From the NCBI GenBank assembly GCA_021813145.1, contig JAKALS010000003.1, positions 105,890 to 169,889 of the forward strand: a stretch of DNA of 64,000 nucleotides, read 5' to 3'. Below the pieces are notes generated by a model. It searched no databases and was not told where the DNA came from. It saw only the letters and a list, made by a program, of their open reading frames with translations. The position numbers and the translations under genes were made by a program. This document shows, in pieces, positions 1 to 9,910 of the stretch (positions within the stretch are counted from its first letter, which is position 1; the number at the start of each line of letters is the position of its first letter). Source of the stretch: a bacterium. Lineage in GTDB: Bacteria > Patescibacteriota > Microgenomatia > Levybacterales > UBA12049.

Positions 1-165
1 AGCAACTTTTGTAGCCAAAACACCCAAAAGGAAAGACGCAACAAGCAAAAGCGCCATTAATACAGGCGTATACTTAACGCTTTGGAAATTAAAGTTGGGG
101 ACAGAAAACGAAACTATTTTTTCCGAAGCCTCTGTTTTTTTACCTGCTGATGCTTTCTTAGGCAT
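1..165 (-). CDS. N-terminal part of a membrane-anchored protein, truncated by the window edge (possibly DsbA-like)
   Basis: Manual translation MPKKASAGKK...LMALLLVASFLLGVLATKVA is open to the edge; TTGACA-18-TAAAAT promoter ends 6 nt before the ATG. Confidence 0.6.
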   Translation of the reverse strand, partial: MPKKASAGKKTEASEKIVSFSVPNFNFQSVKYTPVLMALLLVASFLLGVLATKVA

Positions 166-270
166 ACAGGCATTTTATATTCTCATAAGATTTATTGTCA
201 ATAGGTAAAAGGTAAGTAAAACAAAAAGAATAAATTGACATATTAAAATTATTGCTTTACTCTAATCTTA

Positions 271-837
271 ATGAGTAAAAGTTCTGTCGTCGAAATTCCC
301 GAACCCAGAGTGTCCTCATTGATTTTTGCCGATACAAGATTTTCCGTCGTTTGGTTTTTATTAAGGATTTATGTCGGATGGCAGTGGTTTTCTGCAGGTC
401 TTGAAAAACTTCAAAGTTCTTCCTGGGTAGGGAATAAAGCGGGGACGGCTCTTTTGGCCTTTGTTAATTCTTCTTTAGTAAAATCAACCGGTCCTCATGC
501 CGATGTTCAAGGTTGGTATGCCGTATTTTTGCAGCAATTTGTCTTACCCAATGTTACATTTTTTTCCTATATTGTTACATTTGGAGAGATTCTCGTCGGC
601 CTTGCTCTTATATTCGGCATTCTAACGGGAATTTCCGCATTTTTTGGCGCTTATATGAATATGAATTATCTTCTGGCGGGAACAGTAAGCATTAACCCTG
701 TCCTTTTTGCATTCGAGCTTTTACTTATACTTGCCTGGAGAATTGCCGGTTGGTGGGGTCTTGATAGGTATGTCTTGCCTTTCTTGGGTGCAAAATGGGA
801 GAACAGAAGCCGTCTTAAAAGGAGAAAACATGGATAA
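271..837 (+). CDS. DoxX/DoxD-family membrane protein
   Basis: LRIYVGWQW..AGLEK, GEILVGLALIFG, MNMNYLLAG..SINP, AG.WGLDR motifs. Confidence 0.85.
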   Translation: MSKSSVVEIPEPRVSSLIFADTRFSVVWFLLRIYVGWQWFSAGLEKLQSSSWVGNKAGTALLAFVNSSLVKSTGPHADVQGWYAVFLQQFVLPNVTFFSYIVTFGEILVGLALIFGILTGISAFFGAYMNMNYLLAGTVSINPVLFAFELLLILAWRIAGWWGLDRYVLPFLGAKWENRSRLKRRKHG

Positions 838-1834
838 AATAGTTTTTTTTGACGTCGAACCTTGGGAGGAAGAGCACTTAAAAAACTCGCTTTCGGACCC
901 CAATATAGTTTTTACCACGGATAAACTTACTTTAGAAAATGTTTCAAAGTATACTGATGCAAACATAATCTCCACTTTTATTTACTCTACTATTAATAAA
1001 GAACTTATAGACAAACTCCCTAACCTTAAATTTATAACAACAAGATCCATGGGCTTTGACCACATAGACATTTCATACTGTAAGGAAAAAAATATTACCG
1101 TTTCCAATGTCCCCACATACGGTTCTTATACGGTTGCAGAACACACTTTTTCTCTTATCCTGGCTATAACCAGAAAGCTTCTTCCTGCCATAGAAAAAGC
1201 AAAAAAAGGAGATTTTACGCCTACCGGACTTGAAGGGTTTGACATTCACGGTAAAACACTTGGAATAATAGGCGCAGGACATATAGGAGGAAATGTGGCA
1301 AGAATAGGTCTTGCCTTCGGAATGACTGTTCTTGTTTTTTCAAGGCATACGGACGAAGAGCTTCAAAAGCAGGGAGCAAAATTTGTAGACTTAGATACTT
1401 TGCTCGGCTCCTCGGACATTATAACCTTGCATGTCCCCTTAACAAAAGAAACGGAACATTTAATCAATTTGGGAAATATAGAAAAAATTAAAAAAGGGGC
1501 GGTTCTCATAAATACGGCAAGGGGAGGGCTGGTAGAAACCCAGGCGGTTTTGACAGGTTTGGAAAAAGGGATACTTTACGGAGCCGGGCTTGATGTTTTG
1601 GAAGAGGAATGCGATTTGAGGGAGGAAAAAGAATTGTTGACTGCCGAATTCTTCAAAACCTGCGACTTAAAAACAGATCTTCTAAATCACGTTTTATTAA
1701 CGAGAGATGATGTAATAATTACTCCCCATAACGCCTTCAACAGTAAGGAAGCGCTTGCCCAGATTAACGACACTACAATAGATAATATAAAAGCCTTCCT
1801 TTCGGGAAATCCACAGAATGTGGTTCAGCCTTAA
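830..1834 (+). CDS. D-isomer-specific 2-hydroxyacid (D-lactate-like) dehydrogenase
   Basis: RSMGFDHID, GIIGAGHIG, INTARG, LDVLEEE, TPHNAF; start moved to ATG 830 after GGAG. Confidence 0.9.
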   Translation: MDKIVFFDVEPWEEEHLKNSLSDPNIVFTTDKLTLENVSKYTDANIISTFIYSTINKELIDKLPNLKFITTRSMGFDHIDISYCKEKNITVSNVPTYGSYTVAEHTFSLILAITRKLLPAIEKAKKGDFTPTGLEGFDIHGKTLGIIGAGHIGGNVARIGLAFGMTVLVFSRHTDEELQKQGAKFVDLDTLLGSSDIITLHVPLTKETEHLINLGNIEKIKKGAVLINTARGGLVETQAVLTGLEKGILYGAGLDVLEEECDLREEKELLTAEFFKTCDLKTDLLNHVLLTRDDVIITPHNAFNSKEALAQINDTTIDNIKAFLSGNPQNVVQP

Positions 1835-1865
1835 TCAATTTACATTCATTGTTTCATTTTCCCTA

Positions 1866-1920
1866 TTGACAAAAAATAATAGGGTGTCCTATGATTTCCA
1901 TATCCCCCCAGGGGGGATAT
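1866..1920 (+). promoter_or_regulatory. sigma70 promoter plus CsoR-type operator
   Basis: TTGACA 1866-1871, TATGAT 1890-1895; perfect palindrome ATATCCCCCC-A-GGGGGGATAT 1900-1920 just upstream of a csoR-containing operon. Confidence 0.8.
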
Positions 1921-1922
1921 AA

Positions 1923-2501
1923 ATGAAAAAATTTCCGTTTCTTTTTTTACTATTGATATTTCTTCTCCTAACAAAAAATGTCAGTGCTCAAATGATGGGT
2001 AATTACCAAAACCAGACTCCGCCGTCTCAAAGCGACATACAGGAAGAACAGAATATGCAAAACGCCGGACAAAAGATTTGGCAAAATCTTCAATCCGGGA
2101 AAATTACCTGCTCAAATCTGACAAATGGCGATTACGAAAAATTAGGCGAATATTTTATGGGACAGGCAGCCGGAAGCACTCAGAATCATGTCTATTGGGA
2201 TAACAACATACAAAACATGATGGGAGAGCAGGGAGATACCCAGATACATATTGTTTGGGGAGAAAGGGGAAGCGGATGCCTTCCTAATGCCGTTATACCT
2301 TCCAATACGCCTTCTTTTTTTCGGGGAATGATGGGTAATTCAAATCGAGGAGGTGATTATAATATGATGTGGGGATACGGTGGCGGAAACTACATGGGAT
2401 TCGGCGGTTACGCCATTTTCGGATTCTTAACCTGGCTTGTATTATTAGTAGATCTTATTTTATTGGGCTTTTGGCTTTATAAACAAGTAAGGAAAAAATA
2501 A
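1923..2501 (+). CDS. Exported Met-rich protein with C-terminal transmembrane helix (putative metal-binding)
   Basis: Signal peptide ending VSA, repeated MMG motifs, C-terminal hydrophobic helix. Confidence 0.7.
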   Translation: MKKFPFLFLLLIFLLLTKNVSAQMMGNYQNQTPPSQSDIQEEQNMQNAGQKIWQNLQSGKITCSNLTNGDYEKLGEYFMGQAAGSTQNHVYWDNNIQNMMGEQGDTQIHIVWGERGSGCLPNAVIPSNTPSFFRGMMGNSNRGGDYNMMWGYGGGNYMGFGGYAIFGFLTWLVLLVDLILLGFWLYKQVRKK

Positions 2502-2502
2502 T

Positions 2503-2772
2503 ATGTACAGGCCAAAAGACACACAGGAAAGAATACTGCACAGACTAAAAATTGCAAGAGGACAACTCGATAAAGTGATTTCGATGGTCGATAAACAGGA
2601 ATACTGTATAGACATACTTCATCAGACTCAGGCAATAGAAGCAGCATTAAAACAAACGGATGATATTATAATGGAAAATCATCTTAAAACCTGCACGGCA
2701 GATGCAATAAAAAAAGGTAAGACAGAAGAAGCTGTCGGAGAAATAATGAAGGTGTTCCAAAAGAAAAAATGA
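2503..2772 (+). CDS. csoR: CsoR/RcnR-family metal-sensing repressor
   Basis: RLKIARGQL, YCIDILHQ, ENHLKTC (Cys-His-Cys fingerprint). Confidence 0.9.
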   Translation: MYRPKDTQERILHRLKIARGQLDKVISMVDKQEYCIDILHQTQAIEAALKQTDDIIMENHLKTCTADAIKKGKTEEAVGEIMKVFQKKK

Positions 2773-3905
2773 TTCCTCATCCGATTTTTCTATCCATTTT
2801 GTCTTCATTTTTTATGTTTTGGGAGATTTTATGGCCCCTTCTCCTAGGTTTTATGATTTCCGCCTTTATTCAGATATTTGTTTCGCATAAAACCATGGCA
2901 AGTCTTTTGGGTAAGGATACGCCGAAATGCTTTAGCCTTGCCGCGATATTTGGAGCCGCTTCCAGCTCATGTTCTTATGCAGCAGTTGCCCTTTCACGTG
3001 CTATTTTCAAAAAAGGGGCAACTTTTACTTCGTCTATGATTTTTGAACTTGCCTCCACAAATCTTGTGGTAGAGCTGGGGGTAATTCTTTTAGTGCTTAT
3101 GGGGTGGCAATTTGCCTTGTCCGAGTTTTTGGGAGGAATAATAATGGTTATCCTTATTGCTCTTATGTTAAGATTTACTTTAACCAAAAAAATGGTGGAA
3201 AAGGCAAGAATTCAGGCCGAAAAAGGCATTTCGGGGAAAATGGAAGGGCATTCTTCTATGGACATGACGGGAAAAAATCTTACCAGCCTGAGTCATTATT
3301 TCATTATGGATATATCCTCTGTCTGGGTCGATATAGTTTTAGGGCTTCTTATTGCCGGAGCAATCTCTGTTTTTGTTCCGTCTTCCTTCTGGCAAACTTT
3401 CTTCTTTAAGGGAAATCCTGCGGCGGCATTTATAGAAGGACCTATTATAGGTCCGTTAGTTGCAGTATTTTCTTTTGTTTGTTCGGTAGGAAACGTTCCT
3501 TTGGCAGCCGTTCTTTGGAAAGAGGGGATAAGTTTCGGAGGGGTAGCGAGCTTTATTTTTGCAGATTTAATTGTCCTACCCGTTCTTGATATATACAGAA
3601 AATATTATGGTTTTAAGATGATGGTTTATATTCTCTCGACTTTTTATCTTACTATGGTAATTTCGGGCTATATTATAGAAATTATTTTTTCTTTTTTGGG
3701 AATAATTCCCACTCAAAGGAATATCTCTTTACCGGCACCCTCTTTAAGTTTTAACTACACCCTTATTTTGAATACGATCTTCTTAGTTTTAGGTTTATTT
3801 TTATTTTTTAAGTTTTTAAGGACGGGAGGGCCTATGATGCTTAAAATGATGAATAAGCCGGATAAAAACATGACCGGGATGAATAGGGAAATGCATAAGC
3901 ACTAA
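2769..3905 (+). CDS. Predicted permease (DUF318/ArsP-like)
   Basis: SSSCSYAA and FVCSVGNVP motifs, multiple TM helices, Met/His-rich loop and tail. Confidence 0.8.
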   Translation: MIPHPIFLSILSSFFMFWEILWPLLLGFMISAFIQIFVSHKTMASLLGKDTPKCFSLAAIFGAASSSCSYAAVALSRAIFKKGATFTSSMIFELASTNLVVELGVILLVLMGWQFALSEFLGGIIMVILIALMLRFTLTKKMVEKARIQAEKGISGKMEGHSSMDMTGKNLTSLSHYFIMDISSVWVDIVLGLLIAGAISVFVPSSFWQTFFFKGNPAAAFIEGPIIGPLVAVFSFVCSVGNVPLAAVLWKEGISFGGVASFIFADLIVLPVLDIYRKYYGFKMMVYILSTFYLTMVISGYIIEIIFSFLGIIPTQRNISLPAPSLSFNYTLILNTIFLVLGLFLFFKFLRTGGPMMLKMMNKPDKNMTGMNREMHKH

Positions 3906-4024
3906 GCCATAAATAAAAGACCGAATATATTTTTACCTCAAAGTTCCTAATTCCGAATAACTTTCTTCCACTTGACAAAACAACCCCAAAAGTTGTATTT
4001 TAATATTTGAGCAAACATTCAAAT

Positions 4025-4324
4025 ATGAAAACTCCTTTCAAAAAGCAGTCATCCGATTTCTACTCCGATAGGGCATCTCTTTTAAAATGCGTAGGAGATC
4101 CAAATACCCTTAAAATATTGGATGTACTTGCAAAAAGCGAAAATCCCTGCGTTTCTGATATCACAAAAAAACTGGATGTTTCAATTTCGGCAGTTTCCCA
4201 TCAACTTTCAAAACTTAAGGCTATGGGAATTGTGGAAACAAAGAGGACGGGACAAACCATTTGTTACACATTTTCAAACAGCGATAACGCAAACTTTGTT
4301 AAAAAATTGATTGACAGGGGGTAA
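4025..4324 (+). CDS. ArsR/SmtB-family transcriptional regulator
   Basis: DPNTLKIL..L, CVSDI, SAVSHQL..LK..GIV..KR.G; start moved to ATG 4025. Confidence 0.85.
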   Translation: MKTPFKKQSSDFYSDRASLLKCVGDPNTLKILDVLAKSENPCVSDITKKLDVSISAVSHQLSKLKAMGIVETKRTGQTICYTFSNSDNANFVKKLIDRG

Positions 4325-4361
4325 AGTCCTCTGATATTTTATAAAAGTTGGGAGGTGAATT

Positions 4362-4682
4362 ATGGCAGATTTAGTTTTAACGGATCAAAATTTCAAACAG
4401 GAAGTTTTGGATTCCAAAACACCTGTTTTGGTGGACTTTTGGGCCGAGTGGTGCATGCCCTGCAGGATAGTAAGTCCTATTGTCGAAGATTTGGCAAAAG
4501 ACTACGGAGAAAAACTCAAAGTCGGAAAACTCAACGTAGATGAAAACGGACAGACGGCACAAAGCTACGGGATAATGAGTATTCCGAGCCTTTTGGTCTT
4601 TAAAGACGGACAGGTTGTAAAACAAATGGTGGGAGCTCAAAGCAAGGACAATTTTAAAAGAGAAATTGATAGCGTGCTTTAA
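4362..4682 (+). CDS. trxA: Thioredoxin
   Basis: [23 protein letters not shown]; SD GGAGGTGA. Confidence 0.95.
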   Translation: MADLVLTDQNFKQEVLDSKTPVLVDFWAEWCMPCRIVSPIVEDLAKDYGEKLKVGKLNVDENGQTAQSYGIMSIPSLLVFKDGQVVKQMVGAQSKDNFKREIDSVL

Positions 4683-4793
4683 AAAACCCTTCAATTTCTA
4701 ATTTTTAATTTCTAAACAAATCATAATATTTTAAATTTTCAAAAATTGAAATTTATTCAAGATTTAGGTATTAGGGTTTAGAATTTTTTATCT

Positions 4794-5804
4794 ATGTACG
4801 ACGTAATAATTATCGGCTCGGGGCCTTCGGGTTTAACTGCAGCTATTTATAATACAAGAGCAGATTTAAAAACCCTTGTAATATCGGGCGTTAAATGGGG
4901 AGGCCAGCTTATGCTGACTACTGCCGTAGAGAATTTTCCGGGATTTCCGGAAGGAATACAGGGCCCGGATTTAATGGCAAACATGCGAAAGCAGGCAGAA
5001 AGATTTGGAGCCAAGTTTATAGACGACGACGTAACCTCCTTGGATGCTTCTTCACGCCCCTTTAAGGTTTCGGTCGGTGATAAGATTTACGAAGGGAAAA
5101 GCGTAATAATTGCAACGGGTGCCGATACCATGTGGCTTAATGTACCGGGAGAGCAGGAAAAAATAGGAAGAGGAGTATCTTCATGTGCCCCATGTGACGC
5201 GGCATTTTTTCGAAATAAAAATGTAATTGTTGTAGGAGGAGGAGACAGTGCCATGGAAGAGGCGGATGTCCTCTCGAAATTTGCATCCTCGGTTAGGCTT
5301 CTTCACAGAAGAGATACTTTTAAAGCTTCTGAAATAATGCAAAAAAGAGTTTTGGAAAATGAAAAGATAACTGTAATCTGGAACAGCGAAATAGAGGAGG
5401 TTTTGGGAGACCAAAAAGTCGAAAAAGTAAAAATAAAATCCAAAGGTACGGACAATAAAAGACTCAGGGTACACAAGCCAAAGGCGGAAGGAAATGATTT
5501 GTTAAGCGTAGAAGAACTTTCGGGAAACATACTAAAAGAAAACGGGGAAGAGTTGGAATGGGAAATGCCTATAGACGGAATATTCGTTGCAATAGGGCAT
5601 ATGCCAAACAGCAAAATATTTAAGGGCATAGAAACAGACGAGAAGGGTTTTATAAAAGCAGGAGAGAATTATGCGACAAATGTAGAAGGAATTTTTGTTG
5701 CGGGAGATGTGTATGATCACGAATATAAACAGGCCATAACTGCTGCGGGCTACGGCTGTGCAGCGGCTTTAGAAGTACAAAAATGGCTCAGGGAACAGGA
5801 GTAA
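4794..5804 (+). CDS. trxB: Thioredoxin reductase
   Basis: GSGPSG, GGQL..T..VENFPG, CAPCD, GGGDSAMEEA, GIFVAGDV, QAITAAG. Confidence 0.95.
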   Translation: MYDVIIIGSGPSGLTAAIYNTRADLKTLVISGVKWGGQLMLTTAVENFPGFPEGIQGPDLMANMRKQAERFGAKFIDDDVTSLDASSRPFKVSVGDKIYEGKSVIIATGADTMWLNVPGEQEKIGRGVSSCAPCDAAFFRNKNVIVVGGGDSAMEEADVLSKFASSVRLLHRRDTFKASEIMQKRVLENEKITVIWNSEIEEVLGDQKVEKVKIKSKGTDNKRLRVHKPKAEGNDLLSVEELSGNILKENGEELEWEMPIDGIFVAIGHMPNSKIFKGIETDEKGFIKAGENYATNVEGIFVAGDVYDHEYKQAITAAGYGCAAALEVQKWLREQE

Positions 5805-5996
5805 AAAATCTACTGTTAAAATTTAATCCCTCAAAAAAGAGCTTTATTGTTTTTTTTGTTGTTTTAATTATTACCTCAGCTTATTTGCTCTTCTTTTTGT
5901 TCATAAATAGTTAATTTTTATATAGTAAATTTGCTTCTTGACTGTGCAATTATTAAAAGCTAATATCCACACGTTATTTAGCTTTCGGATTTATCA

Positions 5997-7259
5997 ATGC
6001 TTTTATTGAATAAGGATTTATCGGCTTTGCCATCGAACTTCTTACTGCCCGAAAAGAGAATTGGTTTTGCGGGAAATCTTTTGGAAGAATTGACCATAAA
6101 ACACAAAGAATTCACTCTTTACAAGGCGGGTCTCCCTTCTTACCCGCGAAACTTTACAAGAGATGTAATAATTGCTTCTTTAATAATGGGAAATTCAAAA
6201 ATGCTCGAGGACCAGCTGATTTTTTCCGCACACTTGCAGGGAACAAAAAAAGATCCGAGGACAGGTGAACAGCCCGGGGCAATTTTTCACGAATACGATA
6301 TAAAACTGGACGGGGGAGTAGAGCTTTCTCAAAGGCCGGGTAGGACTACTTTTTATGCGGCTTCGGATACTACAGCTTTGTTTCTAATAGGGCATGAATG
6401 GTACCAGAGAATGACGGGAGATAAAAAACTCTACCAAAAACAGAAAGCAAACATTTTACGCGCAACCGAATATATTTTAAGCCACCTTTACGGAGGAAGC
6501 ATATTTATAGAAGACCCAAGGTTTTGTGAAGCCGAGGCTTATGCTTTAAAGGTAACCTACTGGAAAGATTCACAGCTTTGGGGAAGACCCGGAGGGGAGC
6601 CAAAATATCCGGTTATTTATCCTCTTGCTCATATACAAAATATAGCGGGAATAAGAAGCGCTTCTTACCTTTTAAATTCAAAAGAGCTCGGAAAAGTTGC
6701 GGACCAAATGACAAGGGCACTGAATCTTATGTACGACGAAAAAACAAAAAATTTCCCAATTGCTATAGATTCACAAGGGGCGATAAACGGAATAAACTCC
6801 GATGGACTCCACTCTCTTTTTTATCTCGAGCCCGGTTCTTTAACCGGAAACAAGCTGGAAAAATTGGTGAAGTCTTCTATGCCTCTGGAAACTTCAATGG
6901 GATACAGAACTCTTATTCCGGAGATTGCAGCGGAAGCAAAGGACAAATACCATGCAGAGACCGTATGGACCCACGAACAGGCACAGATACATATAGGCGC
7001 AATAAAGCACCTTAATTGGGCAATTCAAAACTGTAAAGAAGAACTTTCGGCATCTCTTTCTCATGTTGCCGACGTTTCCGGTAGGATTTACAGTTATTTT
7101 AAAAATATTCAAGGAAGCTATCCCGAGCTTTTTATAATCAACAGCGAGGGGAATATGCTGCCCGGAGGCTGCGACCCCCAGCTTTGGGCTTATGCAGCGA
7201 AAGTCTATTTTGATAATTTTGCAAACAGCCAGACAACTCCTTCTAAATTGACTTTTTAA
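5997..7259 (+). CDS. Amylo-alpha-1,6-glucosidase / glycogen-debranching-like glycoside hydrolase
   Basis: F.RD, PG.I.HE, Y...D.T.LFL, WKDS, YH..TVW.HE, PELF, C.PQ.WA motifs. Confidence 0.7.
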   Translation: MLLLNKDLSALPSNFLLPEKRIGFAGNLLEELTIKHKEFTLYKAGLPSYPRNFTRDVIIASLIMGNSKMLEDQLIFSAHLQGTKKDPRTGEQPGAIFHEYDIKLDGGVELSQRPGRTTFYAASDTTALFLIGHEWYQRMTGDKKLYQKQKANILRATEYILSHLYGGSIFIEDPRFCEAEAYALKVTYWKDSQLWGRPGGEPKYPVIYPLAHIQNIAGIRSASYLLNSKELGKVADQMTRALNLMYDEKTKNFPIAIDSQGAINGINSDGLHSLFYLEPGSLTGNKLEKLVKSSMPLETSMGYRTLIPEIAAEAKDKYHAETVWTHEQAQIHIGAIKHLNWAIQNCKEELSASLSHVADVSGRIYSYFKNIQGSYPELFIINSEGNMLPGGCDPQLWAYAAKVYFDNFANSQTTPSKLTF

Positions 7260-7289
7260 TAGCCTGCAACTATAATCCTGGTCAGAGAA

Positions 7290-7742
7290 ATGAGCAGGCG
7301 AGAAATTTTAGTCATTATTCTTTCCGGGTTATTTATTTTTGTCCTTGTTTTTTTTGCGGTTTACCGACTGGGAGGGGGAACAATAACCCTTCCGAGGCTA
7401 GGTAAACCTACTTCAGTACCCTCTCCATCGCCGCTTGCAAACTCCGTAATTAAAATAAACACTCCCTACAAAAATCAGACGGTAAAACCACCTTTTAAAA
7501 TAACAGGCGAAGCAAAAGTCCTCTCCAATAACTTTACCTATAGAATAACGGATTCTTTGGGAAGAATCTTGGGAGAAGGACAGGTAATGTCTAAAGGACA
7601 GACTTCTGCAGCCTTTGCTCCATTCGAGATTACGATAAATTCACTTCCCGATGTTAAAGGCAAGGGGCAGATAGAAGTTTTTAATTATACATCCGACGGA
7701 AAAATTACAAACGATCTCAAGGTTCCCGTAACTATACAATAA
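7290..7742 (+). CDS. Membrane-anchored Gmad2-like Ig-domain protein
   Basis: N-terminal TM, then P..NQ.V..PFKITGEA..F.YRI.D..G..L. Confidence 0.6.
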   Translation: MSRREILVIILSGLFIFVLVFFAVYRLGGGTITLPRLGKPTSVPSPSPLANSVIKINTPYKNQTVKPPFKITGEAKVLSNNFTYRITDSLGRILGEGQVMSKGQTSAAFAPFEITINSLPDVKGKGQIEVFNYTSDGKITNDLKVPVTIQ

Positions 7743-7744
7743 AT

Positions 7745-8089
7745 ATGGCATTGCCGGAAGAAGAATCAAGAAAATTATCCCTGCTTGAAAGGCTTGGCTC
7801 TATCGCGAGAGAGGACGAAAACGTAGTTCATGTAGCCGTAAGGACACTCACCACAAGAGATGAGATGGGAATGTTTTTAAGGGAATATTCAAATTTTCTT
7901 AAAGATAATTCCGACAATCCCCAAGCAAGGAATGAGCCTGAGGAAGTTGCAAAGAGGGAAATTATAGGAGCAACTGTAGATTTTCCTTATCAGGTTCTTC
8001 AGAGATGGGACCAGCTTTTTAGGGGAGTAGAGCCTCTTTCTTTAAATGTTAGACCTTTCAAAAAAGGTAAAGGTATGTATAGAGTTTAG
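7745..8089 (+). CDS. Hypothetical protein
   Basis: 114-aa ORF directly downstream of the previous gene. Confidence 0.55.
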   Translation: MALPEEESRKLSLLERLGSIAREDENVVHVAVRTLTTRDEMGMFLREYSNFLKDNSDNPQARNEPEEVAKREIIGATVDFPYQVLQRWDQLFRGVEPLSLNVRPFKKGKGMYRV

Positions 8090-8148
8090 TCCCCGTTGTG
8101 ACTATTTTTACTGCATAAATTTCCCCCATTTTTAAGATATAGGCGAAT

Positions 8149-8658
8149 ATGTCTACTACTATTGAATCCGGAATTGGGGGTTACGGGGAAAGCTTTGTAC
8201 GCAAAGATCTGCCTCATGTGGAAAAATTATCTCCGAGAGAAATTCAGATAATGGAATTTAAGGCAATGGGTATGGTAAACAAAGAAATAGCATGGAGATT
8301 GGGCATCAGCCAAGATACCGTAAAAAACACGATTTCTTTTGCGTTATATAAATCGGGAAGTACAACTTTTCCCACCATTTTGGCTCTTATTAACAGTGGC
8401 AAAATAAGCAGAGAAAGAGTTTCCGAGGGGCTCGATTTTGAAAAAGGGCAGGATATTACGGGAAAAGAGAGGGAAATAATGGAATATATTTCTTGTTCTA
8501 ACGGTAGAGACCAAACAATAGGGGAAATGGCACACAGCCTGGGAATCGCGCAGCAAACGCTTAAAAATTATTGTGCAAATATTTATCATAAGCTTGATGT
8601 CCCAAACCTTTTGAGGTTAAGAATTTTTCTTGCTTTGATGCCATCAGGTATCCAGTAA
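8149..8658 (+). CDS. Tandem LuxR-type HTH protein
   Basis: LSPREIQIM...NKEIAWRLGISQDTVKN and ITGKEREIM...EMAHSLGIAQQTLKNY..NIYHKL. Confidence 0.8.
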   Translation: MSTTIESGIGGYGESFVRKDLPHVEKLSPREIQIMEFKAMGMVNKEIAWRLGISQDTVKNTISFALYKSGSTTFPTILALINSGKISRERVSEGLDFEKGQDITGKEREIMEYISCSNGRDQTIGEMAHSLGIAQQTLKNYCANIYHKLDVPNLLRLRIFLALMPSGIQ

Positions 8659-8973
8659 TTTGACTTTTGATATAGTTTAAACTACAATCCGCTCCGTTAT
8701 GGCAAATCGTGAGTTCCCAAGCACAGTCGGATACAAAGAACCCGAAGCCGGAGCAAAAGCTTTTTTTAAGCAGCAAAAACAGGCCCGAAGGAATGCTGCT
8801 ATTCTGGATAAGAAAAGAGCACTGATAAGAGAACTTCCCAGCCAAATAAGAACGGCGTAGGTTTTATTGAATTATTTCTTCTTTGTTAAATTGAACCCTT
8901 GGGCTATATTCCCATAAATCCGTTGTCTGTGAATTAGATCTTTTAGCCTGTGAAAGTTCAGTCCGGTATTCTT

Positions 8974-9195
8974 CTACCCGTATTTTTTGGCACTTATAGC
9001 AGTACCTCCATGTTCGTTTCTGGGCGGAGCAACATTAAATCCCTGTACTAAAACAAGGTCCGCGATCGCTTCGTCCATTGGATAAACTATTCCTGCTCTT
9101 CCATTCGGAAATCTTACCCGTATTCCCCAATTTGGTTTGTTTCTGTCTATAAAGTCTTTTAAGCTTAAACTCAAATCAGCTTCAGGATGCTTCAT
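8974..9195 (-). CDS. Hypothetical protein
   Basis: 73-aa ORF preceded by strong SD AGGAGGA. Confidence 0.55.
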   Translation of the reverse strand: MKHPEADLSLSLKDFIDRNKPNWGIRVRFPNGRAGIVYPMDEAIADLVLVQGFNVAPPRNEHGGTAISAKKYG

Positions 9196-9423
9196 TTTTC
9201 CTCCTTCCTTTAAATTTGCTCATAAAAAAACTCCCCTGTAGGGAGTTTATGTTCGGGATGTGCTTTTCCCACATCAAAAGCGGTCCCTAAACGGGCCACT
9301 TCTTAATTAATGTAAACAGAAAGCTTTTCATTTAGCTAATCATATAAATCCGAATACCATTTGTCAACGGTTGAATTTGACAAATAATTTATTAAATGCA
9401 AAGCTAAATATAAGGAGGTGAGA

Positions 9424-9621
9424 ATGATGTCTTCCAAGATGTTCTATAAGGTATCCGGAACGGTTTTTGGAATAGTCGGAATCGTCCATCTTCTAAGAGT
9501 CATTTTGGGTTGGGGATTTGTTTTAGGTCCCTATGTAATTCCTGCATGGTTAAGCCTTGTTGCTTGTGTTGCTTTGGCTTTTCTTTCCTACAGTGCATTT
9601 AAGTTGGCAAAAGTAATTTAA
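9424..9621 (+). CDS. Small two-TM membrane protein
   Basis: SD AAGGAGGTGA; VFGIVGIVHLLR pattern. Confidence 0.7.
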   Translation: MMSSKMFYKVSGTVFGIVGIVHLLRVILGWGFVLGPYVIPAWLSLVACVALAFLSYSAFKLAKVI

Positions 9622-9655
9622 AGACAGGCCTACGGGCAGGGAGGAGGTGAAAATT

Positions 9656-9910
9656 GTGAAAGGAAATTTATTTAGAGCAGCATTAACCGGAGGAATAGTC
9701 TGGGGTCTTACGGTTTTTTTAACCACCTGGATTAGTCTTTATTTAGGTTATGGAAAGGTATTTTTGGATTGGGTTGCAAGTATATATCCTGGCTACGGCA
9801 TAAGTGTTTTAGGCAGCTTTATAGGTCTTATATATGGATTCTTAGATATGTTCGTAGGAGTCTATATAATAGTCTGGGTATACAGACAGGTTGGTAAATT
9901 TATTAAGTAG
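9656..9910 (+). CDS. Small membrane protein
   Basis: SD GGAGGTGA then GTG; SIYPGY..S..GS.IGL.YGF.D motif. Confidence 0.7.
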   Translation: MKGNLFRAALTGGIVWGLTVFLTTWISLYLGYGKVFLDWVASIYPGYGISVLGSFIGLIYGFLDMFVGVYIIVWVYRQVGKFIK

